From Candidatus Parcubacteria bacterium (GTDB lineage: Bacteria; Patescibacteriota; Minisyncoccia; UBA6257; HR35): a stretch of 64,000 nt of DNA. Shown here piece after piece: positions 38,364 through 50,308 of this stretch. The position numbers and the translations under genes were made by a program. The notes under the pieces were generated by a model that saw only the letters and a program-made list of their open reading frames with translations, was not told the origin of the DNA and searched no databases. Location of the stretch: NCBI GenBank assembly GCA_026004495.1, contig BPJG01000001.1, positions 350,858 through 414,857 on the forward strand. The letters are read 5' to 3'. Positions within the stretch are counted from its first letter, which is position 1. Each line of letters starts with the position of its first letter.

Positions 38364-39447
38364 AATTATTTTCTCTTGTAATTAAAGCACAGCCGGCTGA
38401 AGCTGAATATTTTAAAATATCTTCATCTTTTTCAAAGATTTTTAATTCATCTTTACAAAGCTTTAAATGAATATCAAAAAGATTTTTTAATAAATTATCT
38501 AAATCAATAATCTTGGCAAAACTGCCAGTCAAGATAATTCCTGAAGGTAATTTATAATATGATTTTATTTCTTTTAAATATTGTTTTAAATTATCTCTTT
38601 CGAAATAGTCTTTAATTTTCTTTTCAATAAATTTTTTTATTTTTATATTTTTATTTTTATCTTTAATTAGATGATTATTAAAAAAATCTATTTTTATTTT
38701 TTCAGCTTCTTCAACATCAGCCTTAAGATAAATAGCCAAATCTTGAGTTAAGTTTTCACCTCCAAAATTAAATGATTTATAATGAATTAATTTACCATAT
38801 TGAAAAATAGCTAAAGTTGTAATTTCTGCTCCTAGATCTAAAATTCCAACACCTATTTCCTTATCTTTTTTATTTAAACATATTTTACTAGCAGCATAAA
38901 AAGAAGGACAAAATTTTATATTATTTATTTTTAATTCATTAAATATATGTCTAATTTTATCTAAAATATTTTTTTGACAACTAATAAAAAAAACTTCGAC
39001 ATCTAATCTTCGACCAGCAAAACCTAAAGGATCTCTTATTTCTTGATTATTATCTAAAATAAATTTTATAGATTCTTCTAATAAGATTTCTTGATTATTA
39101 ATTATTAAAGAAGTACGAGCAGTGTTTATTGCTTTAGTAATATCATTTTTGGTTACATTATTTTCAATAAAGGTATATCCTTTCTGGGTATAATTTTGAA
39201 AATTAGGCAAGTTAAGACAAACTGTAAGTTCATTAATTTTATTAATATTAAAACTATTTATCGTATTGTATATAAGGTTTTCAAGTAAATCAACAAGTGA
39301 TTCTATTTCTAAAATTTCTCCCCCCTTTAAGTATTCATTTTTAATGCTTTGATTATGAATGATAAATTTTCCAAAATTATCTTCTTCTAAAACACTTAAT
39401 TTAATTTCATGATGACCTAAATCTAAACCAAAATATAAATCCCTCAT
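38305..39447 (-). CDS. ftsA: Cell division protein FtsA (actin-like ATPase)
   Basis: Phosphate-1 motif FGLDLGHHEIK and a series of FtsA-like blocks (EIRDPLGFAGRRLDVEVFFISC; GVGILDLGAEITTLAIFQYG; FGGENLTQDLA). No ftsZ is adjacent. Confidence 0.6.
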   Translation of the reverse strand: MRDLYFGLDLGHHEIKLSVLEEDNFGKFIIHNQSIKNEYLKGGEILEIESLVDLLENLIYNTINSFNINKINELTVCLNLPNFQNYTQKGYTFIENNVTKNDITKAINTARTSLIINNQEILLEESIKFILDNNQEIRDPLGFAGRRLDVEVFFISCQKNILDKIRHIFNELKINNIKFCPSFYAASKICLNKKDKEIGVGILDLGAEITTLAIFQYGKLIHYKSFNFGGENLTQDLAIYLKADVEEAEKIKIDFFNNHLIKDKNKNIKIKKFIEKKIKDYFERDNLKQYLKEIKSYYKLPSGIILTGSFAKIIDLDNLLKNLFDIHLKLCKDELKIFEKDEDILKYSASAGCALITRENNYESKNDWFKKIKDFFSFRY

Positions 39448-39716
39448 CCTTCATATTTTATCTCTTTAATATAACGTTTAGCCATATCTAGGGCTTTTTC
39501 TAGGTTCCAACCTTCTTTTAATTTCTTTTCAATGAATGATTTAATTTTTAATCGATATAATCTGAATTCATACTTTCTTCTCTCGTTCCATTTTCTTGTT
39601 TTAAACATTCTTTTTTTAACTTCTAATGGTATTCCACTTTTTTGATAACGATTTGTGAATCTTTTTAAAAGTTGAATATTAGATTCACCTTTTATTTTTT
39701 TAGCCTTAACTTTCAT
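39444..39716 (-). CDS. rpsU: 30S ribosomal protein S21 (with C-terminal extension)
   Basis: LKRFTNRYQKSGIPLEVKKRMFKTRKWNERRK parallels the S21 consensus LRRFKR...G...E.RRR.FYEKP...R. Confidence 0.55.
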   Translation of the reverse strand: MKVKAKKIKGESNIQLLKRFTNRYQKSGIPLEVKKRMFKTRKWNERRKYEFRLYRLKIKSFIEKKLKEGWNLEKALDMAKRYIKEIKYEG

Positions 39717-40122
39717 ATTTTTTTATAATTCTATAAATCTCCTCTACTGATTGTGAGGGAGGGTTATAGACAACTGAATGAATTGATCCGCCCTTATCAT
39801 TATTAAAGCGAGGAATAATATGAATATGTAAATGATCAATTAATCTGCCAGCTAATTTACCTTCGTTAATGCCAATAGTAAAGTTATCAGTCTTTAAACT
39901 TTTTGATATTATTAAAATAACATCTTTAATTATTGAAATTAAATTTTCAGCTAAGCTTTCGGGTATTTCCAAAAGGTTAACGTAATGATTTTTAGGTATA
40001 ATTAAAGAATGACCTGGTGCATGAGGCTTAATATCTAAAAAAGCTATAAAATCATCATTTTCTTTTAAAATAAAAGAAGATATATCTTTTTTTGATATTT
40101 GACAAAATATACACTTATCCAT
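39706..40122 (-). CDS. HIT-family (histidine triad) hydrolase
   Basis: Histidine triad HLHIHIIPR near the C-terminus. Length is 138 aa. Confidence 0.8.
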   Translation of the reverse strand: MDKCIFCQISKKDISSFILKENDDFIAFLDIKPHAPGHSLIIPKNHYVNLLEIPESLAENLISIIKDVILIISKSLKTDNFTIGINEGKLAGRLIDHLHIHIIPRFNNDKGGSIHSVVYNPPSQSVEEIYRIIKKYES

Positions 40123-40130
40123 CGCAATAA

Positions 40131-41405
40131 TTATAATTTTAAACGCTTTTTTATTTCTTCAATAATATTATTAATTGAAATTATATCTTGAGATCTTTTA
40201 TGCATATCTTTTAGAATAACGGTTTTATTTCCTATTTCCTGATGACCAACAATCAAACAAAATCTTACTCCTAATTTATTAGCTAACTCTAATTGAGACG
40301 AAAGAGTATTTTTACTAAAATTTTCAAAAACTTGAATACAATTTCTTGAAAGCTCGTCATAAATTTTCAGAGCATAATCTTTAGTTTTTTCTGTTGTATG
40401 AGCTATAAATATCCTCAATTTCTTATTTTCTTTAAACTTAATATTATGAATTTTAAGAATTTCTATTAATCTTTCAATTCCTATGGCTCCACCTGTTGAT
40501 GGCGTATTTTTACCTCCTAAATATTGAGCTAAATTATCATATCTTCCACCACCTCCTATAGCTTTATTGCTTTCGGTAAAAAAAATTTCAAAGACAGTTT
40601 TATTATAATAATCAAAACCTCTTACCAATGAGGAATCTAATTCATATTTTATTTCTAAAATATCTAAATATTCTAATACTTTACTTATATGATTTTCACA
40701 ATCTTTACAAAGATAATTAATAATATTTGGAGCATCTTTTTTATATTTCTCATCTTTTTCTTTTTTACAATCTAATAATCTTAAAGGATTTTTTTTATAT
40801 CTCTTTTGACAATCAGGGCAAATATTTTTTAAATTTTTTCGGTAATATTTTTTTAAATCTTTAAGGTATGATTTTCTATCTTTTTTACAGCCCAAGCTGT
40901 TAATTTTAAAAATATAATCAATAAGTTTAAATTTTTTAAAAAATCTATCGAAAACTTCAATAATTTGAGCATCATAAACAGGATCAGCACTTCCAATAAT
41001 TTCTAATCCCCATTGATAATGCTCTCTAAATCTACCTGCCTGAGGTTTTTCACGACGATACATTTTATCAATATAAAATAGTTTTACTGGCTGAGGAAAT
41101 GAATGCATGCCATTTTGAAGATAGGCTCTAATAATACTAGCTGTTCCCTCAGGTTTTAAGACATATTTATTTCCTCCTTCTTTTTCTTTTATATAAAACA
41201 TTTCTTTTTCAATTACATCAGTAGTATTACCTAGTGAACTAGTAAAAACCCTTTCGTCTTCTAAGGCAGGTGTTTGAATATAATTAAAAGAATATATTAA
41301 ACTATGATCAATAACTTCATTTTTTAAATTAATAAAAAAATCAGCTTCTTCAAATAATAGATCATATGTGCCTCGAGGTCTTTGGATGACAGTTTTAAAT
41401 TTCAT
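40131..41405 (-). CDS. hisS: Histidyl-tRNA synthetase
   Basis: Class II motifs are present, with motif 2 MYRREKPQAGRFREHYQWGLEIIG matching the HisRS signature. A C-terminal anticodon-binding domain is also present. Confidence 0.85.
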   Translation of the reverse strand: MKFKTVIQRPRGTYDLLFEEADFFINLKNEVIDHSLIYSFNYIQTPALEDERVFTSSLGNTTDVIEKEMFYIKEKEGGNKYVLKPEGTASIIRAYLQNGMHSFPQPVKLFYIDKMYRREKPQAGRFREHYQWGLEIIGSADPVYDAQIIEVFDRFFKKFKLIDYIFKINSLGCKKDRKSYLKDLKKYYRKNLKNICPDCQKRYKKNPLRLLDCKKEKDEKYKKDAPNIINYLCKDCENHISKVLEYLDILEIKYELDSSLVRGFDYYNKTVFEIFFTESNKAIGGGGRYDNLAQYLGGKNTPSTGGAIGIERLIEILKIHNIKFKENKKLRIFIAHTTEKTKDYALKIYDELSRNCIQVFENFSKNTLSSQLELANKLGVRFCLIVGHQEIGNKTVILKDMHKRSQDIISINNIIEEIKKRLKL

Positions 41406-41419
41406 ATTAATATATTATT

Positions 41420-41968
41420 TTAAATATTAGTCTGATTTATAATATTGATAAATTTACTTAAAATAGTTAATCTAAAAATAACCTTTCCAATTATTTTATC
41501 TTTTTTTAGTTGACTATTCCATTTTCTTGAATCAAAGCTTTCATCTCTATTATCGCCTAAAACAAAATATTCATCATTATTTAGGGTTATTTCCATATCT
41601 TCCATATGAAAGTTTTCTCTTTTTATATAATTTTCTTCTAGTTTAAAACCTTTATTATATTCCTTATTAAAAATAAAAATCTGATTATCTTTAATAAGTA
41701 TTTTTTCACCAGGTAGCCCAATTATTCTTTTGATATAGTATTTTTTCGTATTAACTGGTGGAATGAAAACTATAACCTCGCCTCTTTGAGGAGAACTAAA
41801 ACGAGTACAAATTTTACAAACAATTAAATAGTCAGCATTGTGAAAATTAGGTTCCATACTTTCGCCAACTACAATAAATGGCTCAAAGATGAATAATCTG
41901 ATTGGCAAAAAAACAAGGATAAAAATTAAAAATAATTCACCTATTTCTATTAAGAGAGATCTAATCAT
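41420..41968 (-). CDS. lepB: Signal peptidase I
   Basis: N-terminal TM helix, catalytic Ser box (VVGESMEPNF) and Lys box (YIKRIIGLPGE). Confidence 0.8.
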   Translation of the reverse strand: MIRSLLIEIGELFLIFILVFLPIRLFIFEPFIVVGESMEPNFHNADYLIVCKICTRFSSPQRGEVIVFIPPVNTKKYYIKRIIGLPGEKILIKDNQIFIFNKEYNKGFKLEENYIKRENFHMEDMEITLNNDEYFVLGDNRDESFDSRKWNSQLKKDKIIGKVIFRLTILSKFINIINQTNI

Positions 41969-42023
41969 TTTGTTAACTTTTAATTTATCAAGAAGAGATT
42001 TTTAATTATAATATTTAATTATA

Positions 42024-42587
42024 ATGGAAAAAATAAATAAAATCAAGATAATTTTTGGATTAGGCAATCCAGGTGATAAATATTTTAATACCCCCCATAA
42101 TTTTGGTAGAGATTTATTATTTAACTTGATCCAAAAAAATTTAATTTTTTGTAATAATAATTATAATCTAGCCTTTTATAAAAATATATACTTAGCAATT
42201 TCTAATAGATTTATGAATGAATCGGGTATAGTTCTAAAAGAGATTATTAAAAAAATTAATATTAAAAATACAGAAGAAATTTTAGTTATTCATGATGAAG
42301 CCGATTTGCCATTTTTATATTTGAAGATAACCTTTAATAAATCTTCATCAATGCATAAAGGAATAGAATCTATTTATAAATATTGCGGAAAAAATATTTG
42401 GCGGTTAAGGATAGGTATTCAAGATAATCTAAGAAAGAAGGCAGAAGAATTAATATTAAAAAAACTAAAAGGTAAAAAATTAAAATTATGGCAAGAAGCT
42501 AAGAAAAAAAATAACAAATTGATAGATCTTTTTTTAGCTAAGCCTATATATAAGATCTCGATAGATAAAACATTTTTATTAAAATAA
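42024..42587 (+). CDS. pth: Peptidyl-tRNA hydrolase
   Basis: N-terminal Pth signature IIFGLGNPGDKY...PHNFG. Confidence 0.75.
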   Translation: MEKINKIKIIFGLGNPGDKYFNTPHNFGRDLLFNLIQKNLIFCNNNYNLAFYKNIYLAISNRFMNESGIVLKEIIKKINIKNTEEILVIHDEADLPFLYLKITFNKSSSMHKGIESIYKYCGKNIWRLRIGIQDNLRKKAEELILKKLKGKKLKLWQEAKKKNNKLIDLFLAKPIYKISIDKTFLLK

Positions 42588-42597
42588 AAACTAGCCC

Positions 42598-43428
42598 TTA
42601 AAGATAACCTAATTCTTTTAATTTATCTCGATATTCCCATTCCCATAATTCCTTACAGGCTAAGAACCCCTTAAAATCTTCTTCAGGATTGTCAAATTCT
42701 TTAAATTCCCAATCATCAATAATTTCTCCAAATTTATGCTGACAACTATTATCTCCTCCTTTTATTTTATCCCCCATTCTTCTAACAATTTTTTTTGCTC
42801 CACATAATTCACAGATCTGTATTTGATTAACTCTAAGAATATATCTTTTTTCAACATTTTTACTTAAAATAATTTTTCTATTTTTATTATCTAATAAAAT
42901 AGGTTCTTCATTTAAGGCATAAAAATAGGCTGATGTTTGAAGTCGGTAGTCATCATAAACTTCCGCAGCAGTTTTAATATCGACTAAAGAAAAAACGCCA
43001 TCAATTTCAGCTAAAATATCAAATGTTCCACTATATCGATAATCACTATGTTTAATTCTTTTTTCAATCCAGTCAGTTTTCGTTATCAAATTATAATTTT
43101 TTAAAAAATTCTCAAATCCCTTTTTAAATCCTATAAATTCGGGTGGTACAATTATTTCTTTTCCCCTAACTATACTTTCTAAAATTTCATGAACTATTGT
43201 ACCTTCATAAGCAGCCTCCCTTTTTTTATTTTGAGCCTCAGTAAAATTTTCTGCTGCGGCATAAAAATAATACAACGCAGGTTTGCTCTTAATATCAACA
43301 ATAGAAGTAACTCGTGGGTACCATATTCCATCTAAAATATATCCATGTCTTTTTTTAAATTCTTCTAAACTAAGATCTTTATAATTAAACATTATATTTT
43401 TTAAATATAAATTATTATAATTATACAT
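42598..43428 (-). CDS. Stand-alone Cas4/RecB-family PD-(D/E)XK nuclease
   Basis: RecB-nuclease motifs in order: GTIVHEILE (motif I), FDILAEIDG (motif II Asp), LVDIKT (motif III D/ExK) and QTSAYFY (QxxxY). A C-terminal Cys cluster (CELCGAKK...C) is compatible with Cas4-like Fe-S ligation. No CRISPR array or cas genes are present in the window. Confidence 0.6.
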   Translation of the reverse strand: MYNYNNLYLKNIMFNYKDLSLEEFKKRHGYILDGIWYPRVTSIVDIKSKPALYYFYAAAENFTEAQNKKREAAYEGTIVHEILESIVRGKEIIVPPEFIGFKKGFENFLKNYNLITKTDWIEKRIKHSDYRYSGTFDILAEIDGVFSLVDIKTAAEVYDDYRLQTSAYFYALNEEPILLDNKNRKIILSKNVEKRYILRVNQIQICELCGAKKIVRRMGDKIKGGDNSCQHKFGEIIDDWEFKEFDNPEEDFKGFLACKELWEWEYRDKLKELGYL

Positions 43429-43480
43429 AGATATTTAAATAAATTAAATTAAGATATTTTTTAAAAATTAAAATTTAATC

Positions 43481-43933
43481 ATGAATTTGATTTATTATCC
43501 TAATAAAATTTTAAAAATTAAAACGAAAAAAGTGGAAGCCTTTGATAAAAATTTAAGCAACATAATTAAAGAGATGAAAGAATTAATGGTTAAAAATAAC
43601 GGAGTTGGATTAGCGGCTAATCAAGTAGATTTAGATTTATCTTTATTTATAGCTAAGCCTAAAGATAAATTTTATATTTTTATTAATCCTGAAATAATGC
43701 TAGCCGAAGAAGAAGAAATTAAAGAAGAGGGTTGTTTAAGTATTCCCAATAAATGGGGCTTAGTTAAGAGATATAAAAAGATAAAAATTCAATATCAAGA
43801 TATTAAAGGTAAAAAAAGAACATTAAAAGCCTCAGGTTTATTAGCTCACATTATTCAACATGAAATTGATCACCTAAGTGGCATTCTTTTTATTGATAAG
43901 GCTATTGAAATTTATAATTTAAAAAATGACTAA
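43481..43933 (+). CDS. def: Peptide deformylase
   Basis: Three PDF motifs are present: GVGLAANQ, EGCLSIP and HEIDHL. Confidence 0.9.
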   Translation: MNLIYYPNKILKIKTKKVEAFDKNLSNIIKEMKELMVKNNGVGLAANQVDLDLSLFIAKPKDKFYIFINPEIMLAEEEEIKEEGCLSIPNKWGLVKRYKKIKIQYQDIKGKKRTLKASGLLAHIIQHEIDHLSGILFIDKAIEIYNLKND

Positions 43934-44864
43934 AAAATTAGATTTTTGTTTTTTAGGTTCAAGTGAATTTTCTATATATTGCTTGAAAGAAATAATTAAA
44001 GAATATATTCCTTCTTTGATTATTACCTTACCTGCGAAAAGAAGGGGTAGAGGTTTAAAACTTCAACCTAATCAGGTCTATACTTTTTGTTTAAAAAATA
44101 AGTTAAATGTTATTGAATTAAATGATTGGCTAGCTTTTAATAATTTATATTTTAAATTTGGCCTTATCGCTGGCTTCGGGAAAGTAATTCCTAAAGAAAT
44201 TTTGAAAAATTTCAATAATCAAATTCTTAATATCCATCCTTCTTTATTACCTAAATATCGTGGCGCTAATCCCATTCGCGAAACAATCTTAAATGGCGAT
44301 AAAGAAACTGGTGTTACTATTATTTTAATTGATGAATTAGTTGATCATGGGCCCATCATTGCTCAAGAAAAAATAATTTTAACTGGCAATGAAACCTATA
44401 TTGAACTACAAGCTATTTTAGGAAAGTTAGGAGGAAAATTATTTAATAAGATTATTTTGGATTATTTTAACAATAAAATAGAATTAAAAACCCAAGATCA
44501 TGGACAAGCTACGTGGACTCGAAAAATAAACAAAAATGATGGTTTACTAAATATAGAAGAATCTTTTGTTATTTGGGACAGGAAAATTAGAGCCTTAAAC
44601 CCTTGGCCAGGTACTTTTATGAAAATTAATTTAAAGCATGAAGAAAAAATATTAAAAATATTTAAAATAGAAAAAATAATTTCAAAAGATAAAGAATTAG
44701 AAAATTTAAAAATCGGAGAATTTTTTAGATACAAAAATGAATTAGGAATAAAAATATTAGATAGCTATATCATAATTAAAGAATTACAACTTCAAGATAG
44801 AAAGAAGATGTCTTCTAAGGAATTTCTTAATGGCTATAGCTTAGAGTGGTTGAAAATTATATAA
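43926..44864 (+). CDS. fmt: Methionyl-tRNA formyltransferase
   Basis: Formyltransferase core with NIHPSLLPKYRG and a C-terminal fmt domain. It follows def, as is usual. Confidence 0.85.
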   Translation: MTKKLDFCFLGSSEFSIYCLKEIIKEYIPSLIITLPAKRRGRGLKLQPNQVYTFCLKNKLNVIELNDWLAFNNLYFKFGLIAGFGKVIPKEILKNFNNQILNIHPSLLPKYRGANPIRETILNGDKETGVTIILIDELVDHGPIIAQEKIILTGNETYIELQAILGKLGGKLFNKIILDYFNNKIELKTQDHGQATWTRKINKNDGLLNIEESFVIWDRKIRALNPWPGTFMKINLKHEEKILKIFKIEKIISKDKELENLKIGEFFRYKNELGIKILDSYIIIKELQLQDRKKMSSKEFLNGYSLEWLKII

Positions 44865-44875
44865 GAAATTTTTTA

Positions 44876-45565
44876 CTATCCTTGAGGATAAAAATTAGTA
44901 CTTGTTGATCCAGGCAAAAGTGTTTTGTCTGGTCCTGATTCATAAATATAGGGATTATTACCTCCATCATTTTGTTCTTCTGTTAATCTACCCTCAAGAT
45001 TAGCATTCAATTCATAACTCATCTCTGGTGATTTGCAGGTAAAAGCATAATAAAAAGATCCTGAAAGATTACTATTTCTTGGATCTAAGGGTAAGCTTGT
45101 TAAATTAATATATGTTGATGTTCCTATTGGAACAGGTAACCAACCTGGCGGATTGTTTGTTGTACTAGTAGCTGTAGTTATTGAATTAGTAGCTCTTGCT
45201 CCTGTAAATGGAGAGGTGGTACCAATAGATCCTGTTTCATTAGCTGAATAAAAAATTGTTGGAGTTGAACCACCAAGACATCCTCCATTAAAACTATTTA
45301 TTGTTCCACCAGTATTTAAAGTTGTACTTGAAGGAACAAATACTATATCTGTTCCTTTTTGGGTTATATCGGCGATATATAAATCAATCGCCCTGCTTAA
45401 ATTATTTAAATCAGCAATACGACGACTATCTCTCATGTTGACAAAAATTTGTTGAGGCTTAATAATAGTTATCAAAATTGCTGCTAGTGTAGCTATTATT
45501 GCTAAAACAATTATTAATTCAATTAAAGTAAATCCTATTTTTTTATCTTTGTAATTAATATGCAT
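44876..45565 (-). CDS. Type IV pilin (prepilin with class III signal), Thr/Ser/Gly-rich C-terminal region
   Basis: The N-terminus is MHINYKDKKIG|FTLIELIIVLAIIATLAAILI. It has a basic leader, Gly at -1, Phe at +1, Glu at +5 and a hydrophobic alpha-1 helix. Confidence 0.8.
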   Translation of the reverse strand: MHINYKDKKIGFTLIELIIVLAIIATLAAILITIIKPQQIFVNMRDSRRIADLNNLSRAIDLYIADITQKGTDIVFVPSSTTLNTGGTINSFNGGCLGGSTPTIFYSANETGSIGTTSPFTGARATNSITTATSTTNNPPGWLPVPIGTSTYINLTSLPLDPRNSNLSGSFYYAFTCKSPEMSYELNANLEGRLTEEQNDGGNNPYIYESGPDKTLLPGSTSTNFYPQG

Positions 45566-45716
45566 TTCTTTAATTTTTATATTTTTTTAATTTTAAATTT
45601 ATTTTTTAATAATACGACCCTAATCTAATAATTTTTTTATAGTTTTTAGTGCTATTAAAAAATTATAAAATATTTTTGAAAATAATTCTATAAAATTGTG
45701 GATATTTATTGATAAA

Positions 45717-46112
45717 CTAAGAGATCCTTAAGTTAGAAAATTCTTTTATCTTAGATACTAATTCATCTAAAGAAAGACCTGCTTTCACAAAGTATTCTTT
45801 AACTCCTAATTTCTTTCCTCTTTGAATATCTTCTGATTGTCCTAAGTTGGAAATTATAAAAACTGGAATATCTTTCAAGTTAACATCCTTATTAATTTCT
45901 TCCAATATATAAAAACCACTTTTTTTAGGTAAAATTATATCTAATAATATTAAATCAGGTTTTTCGATAACTATTTTATTTAATGCTTCCTCTCCGTCGC
46001 TAGCAGTTAGGATATCAAAACCCTCATTTTTTATTTTTTTTTCTAGTAAAGTTCTTAAAAATTTATCATCTTCTACTATTAAAATTTTCATTATTAAACT
46101 TGTCATTATCAT
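45717..46112 (-). CDS. Stand-alone response regulator receiver domain (CheY-like)
   Basis: 131 aa containing KILIVEDDKFLRTLL, LLDIILPKKSGF and a conserved Lys (KAG). There is no output domain, and no histidine kinase gene in the window. Confidence 0.8.
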   Translation of the reverse strand: MIMTSLIMKILIVEDDKFLRTLLEKKIKNEGFDILTASDGEEALNKIVIEKPDLILLDIILPKKSGFYILEEINKDVNLKDIPVFIISNLGQSEDIQRGKKLGVKEYFVKAGLSLDELVSKIKEFSNLRIS

Positions 46113-46261
46113 TAATATTTTCTATTAAATCAAGCAATTAAAATAAAAAATTTTCTAATTAAACATTTAATATTCATTAAAGGTTGTTCATTAAAAGGTT
46201 TTTTATTATCCGGGTTAAGTTCAGCTATTTAAAGAATTATTTTTTCTTATTTTAAATAGAA

Positions 46262-47775
<1,514 letters not shown>

Positions 47776-47954
47776 AGAACTTAACCCGGATAATAAAAAA
47801 TCTTTAATTTAAAATTCTCAATTTATAGAGTACAATAAAATCAATTATCACCTATTTAGATTAAAATTTTTAAGAACAAAAAATAATTCTAGTTATAAAA
47901 ATTATAAGAATATTTTTAAAAAATTCAAGTTAGATTAATTTTTAAATTTAATTT

Positions 47955-48026
47955 TGCCTGAGGAGGGAATCGAACCCCCGACGCCGGGCTCTTCAGGCCC
48001 GCGCTCTACCACTGAGCTACCCAGGC
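47955..48026 (-). tRNA. tRNA-Phe (anticodon GAA)
   Basis: The reverse complement folds as GCCTGGG-TA-GCTC/AGTGGTA/GAGC-G-CGGGC/CTGAAGA/GCCCG-GCGTC-GGGGG/TTCGATT/CCCTC-CTCAGGC-A. The anticodon is GAA with U33 and A37. It lies about 180 nt upstream of the 16S gene and co-oriented with it. Confidence 0.8.
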
Positions 48027-48127
48027 GCTTTATATATTGATACTTTATTTTATTTTTTTATTATGATATAATTTAAATTTCGAAAGTAAGTTTTCTTAAA
48101 TTAATTATAAAACAAAGATATATAAAA

Positions 48128-48727
48128 ATGCAATATTCGCAACTTATTCCCTATGTTATTGAAAAAACTAATCAAGGTGAAAGAGCTTATGATATTTACT
48201 CAAGATTGTTAAAGGATAGAATAATAATTTTAGGTACTCCAATTAATGATCAGATTGCAAACATTATTATAGCTCAAATTTTATTTTTAGAACACGAAGA
48301 TCCTGAAAAGACAATTTATCTTTATATAAATTCCCCAGGAGGTGTGGTAACTTCGGCGCTAGCTATTTATGACACAATTCAATACATTAAAGCAGATGTT
48401 TCTACAATTGGCTTAGGGATGGTAGCTTCTGCTGCCTCTCTGTTATTAGCCTCAGGAACAAAAGGAAAAAGAATGGTTTTACCCAATACTGAAATTTTAT
48501 TACATCAAGTTATGGGACAAGCAGAAGGACAAGCCGTTGATATTGAAATTACAGCTAAGCAGATTTTAAAAATAAAATCAAAAGTCAATCAAATATTAGC
48601 TAAACATACAGGACAACCTTTAGAAAAAATTGAGAGAGATACAGATAGAGATTTTTATTTAACTGCAGAAGAGGCTAAGGATTACGGTTTAATAGATAAA
48701 ATCATAAATTATAGTAATAAAAAATAA
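48128..48727 (+). CDS. clpP: ATP-dependent Clp protease proteolytic subunit
   Basis: Catalytic Ser in [14 protein letters not shown], with His and Asp in the conserved positions. Length is 199 aa. Confidence 0.9.
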   Translation: MQYSQLIPYVIEKTNQGERAYDIYSRLLKDRIIILGTPINDQIANIIIAQILFLEHEDPEKTIYLYINSPGGVVTSALAIYDTIQYIKADVSTIGLGMVASAASLLLASGTKGKRMVLPNTEILLHQVMGQAEGQAVDIEITAKQILKIKSKVNQILAKHTGQPLEKIERDTDRDFYLTAEEAKDYGLIDKIINYSNKK

Positions 48728-48769
48728 AAAATAAATAAAATTTAAGTTATAAACATAGCTAAAATAATT

Positions 48770-50308
48770 ATGTATAAACAGAGCAATATTTTAATACTTT
48801 TAGGTGGTATTTTGGTTGGCTCTTTTTTAACTTCATCTTTGTTATTAGGCTATTTAAGATATAATAATCAAAATAATATTAATAAAAATATAGAGTCTTA
48901 TAAGAATAATTATTTTGAAAATAATTTTGATAATTTAAATTTAAAAAAAAGTACTTCCAATATTGATAATAATGAGATTAATAATATTGATTATGATACT
49001 TTAGATGATGAATATAATTTTACTTATGAAGAATTAAAACCTCAAATTGACGATAAAGCTAAAAAAAATTTAGAAAATAAGACTAGCGATAAAAATCAAA
49101 AACTTAAAAATAAAGATAATAACAATAATAACCAACAATTATTAACGAATATTGTCGCTCTACTTAATACTTTTAGAAATAATTCTTCTTATGATTTAAA
49201 TTTAAATAATAATACTTCTTCTAATAATAATAATACTAATAAAAATTATTCTAATAACAATCAGGATAATAACATAAATAACAATAACAATTTAAATAAT
49301 AATTCTAACGATTCTAACAATAATTCTGACTATAATAATAATTCAAGTAATAATTCAAATAATTCAAATAACTCTGATAATTCAAACGAAGAGGTAAATA
49401 TTGATAATAATAATAGCGATAGAAAAATTTTAATATCCGAAATATTAATTGACGGTGGTAATTCTAATGATGAATATATTGAGTTATATAATCCTAATAA
49501 TTTTGAAGTAAATCTTAGTAATTGGAAATTGGTAAAAGTTAATAAAAATGGAAATCAGCAAGTTATTATTGGTTTAAGAACAAGAGAAACATTTGAAAAT
49601 AAAATTATTAGACCATTTTCTTATCTTTTAATTGCTAATGTCGATGGTTTTTACTCTAATATGGCTGACATAAGATATTCTAGTAGTTATAATTTAGCTA
49701 AGGATAATAGCATTATGTTATTAGATAATAATAATAGAATAGTTGATTTAGTAGGTTGGGGTAATGCAAGAAATTATGAGGTTAATTCCTTTTTTTCTAA
49801 TCCATCTCAAGGCTTATCTTTAAATAGAAAAGCTGGTGAAGAATCTACTGGGGAATCTATGAATAATTTAGAAGCTAGCTTCGGTAATTCTTTTGATTCA
49901 AACAATAATAACTCAGATTTTGTTTTAATGAATCCCAATCCTCAAAATAGTAATAGCTCTCAAGAAATACCGCCAAAAGAAATTCAATTAATTAATTTTG
50001 AAGATAACGATAATTTATTGATTTTTGAAATTAAATCTCCTTATCAAGAATTAGATAACAGCAGGTATGTTGTTTTAGGCTTCGAAATCGAAAATGATGA
50101 ACAAAATGTTGATAGTTTTATTAAAAATAATTGGCAAAATTTTGTTATTAATAATATGAATTTACCTTCTGTTATATTTTATGGCAAAAACCAAAGAATA
50201 GAAATCAATATTAATAATAATAATGATGATGATGATGGGAAAATTTATTTACTAGCCTTAATAAGCAATAATCAATTAATTAATTGGGTTCCTGATTTAA
50301 ACGATTGA
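48770..50308 (+). CDS. Membrane-anchored protein with an Asn-rich low-complexity linker and a lamin-tail domain (LTD)
   Basis: N-terminal TM helix, then about 180 aa of poly-Asn/Ser low complexity, then ILISEILIDGGNSNDEYIELYNPNNFEVNLSNWKLVKVNKNGN...YLLIAN, which matches the LTD signature. Confidence 0.55.
   Translation: MYKQSNILILLGGILVGSFLTSSLLLGYLRYNNQNNINKNIESYKNNYFENNFDNLNLKKSTSNIDNNEINNIDYDTLDDEYNFTYEELKPQIDDKAKKNLENKTSDKNQKLKNKDNNNNNQQLLTNIVALLNTFRNNSSYDLNLNNNTSSNNNNTNKNYSNNNQDNNINNNNNLNNNSNDSNNNSDYNNNSSNNSNNSNNSDNSNEEVNIDNNNSDRKILISEILIDGGNSNDEYIELYNPNNFEVNLSNWKLVKVNKNGNQQVIIGLRTRETFENKIIRPFSYLLIANVDGFYSNMADIRYSSSYNLAKDNSIMLLDNNNRIVDLVGWGNARNYEVNSFFSNPSQGLSLNRKAGEESTGESMNNLEASFGNSFDSNNNNSDFVLMNPNPQNSNSSQEIPPKEIQLINFEDNDNLLIFEIKSPYQELDNSRYVVLGFEIENDEQNVDSFIKNNWQNFVINNMNLPSVIFYGKNQRIEININNNNDDDDGKIYLLALISNNQLINWVPDLND

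Noticed and set aside
44498-44734. 78-aa minus-strand ORF
   Set aside because: It is antisense within fmt.
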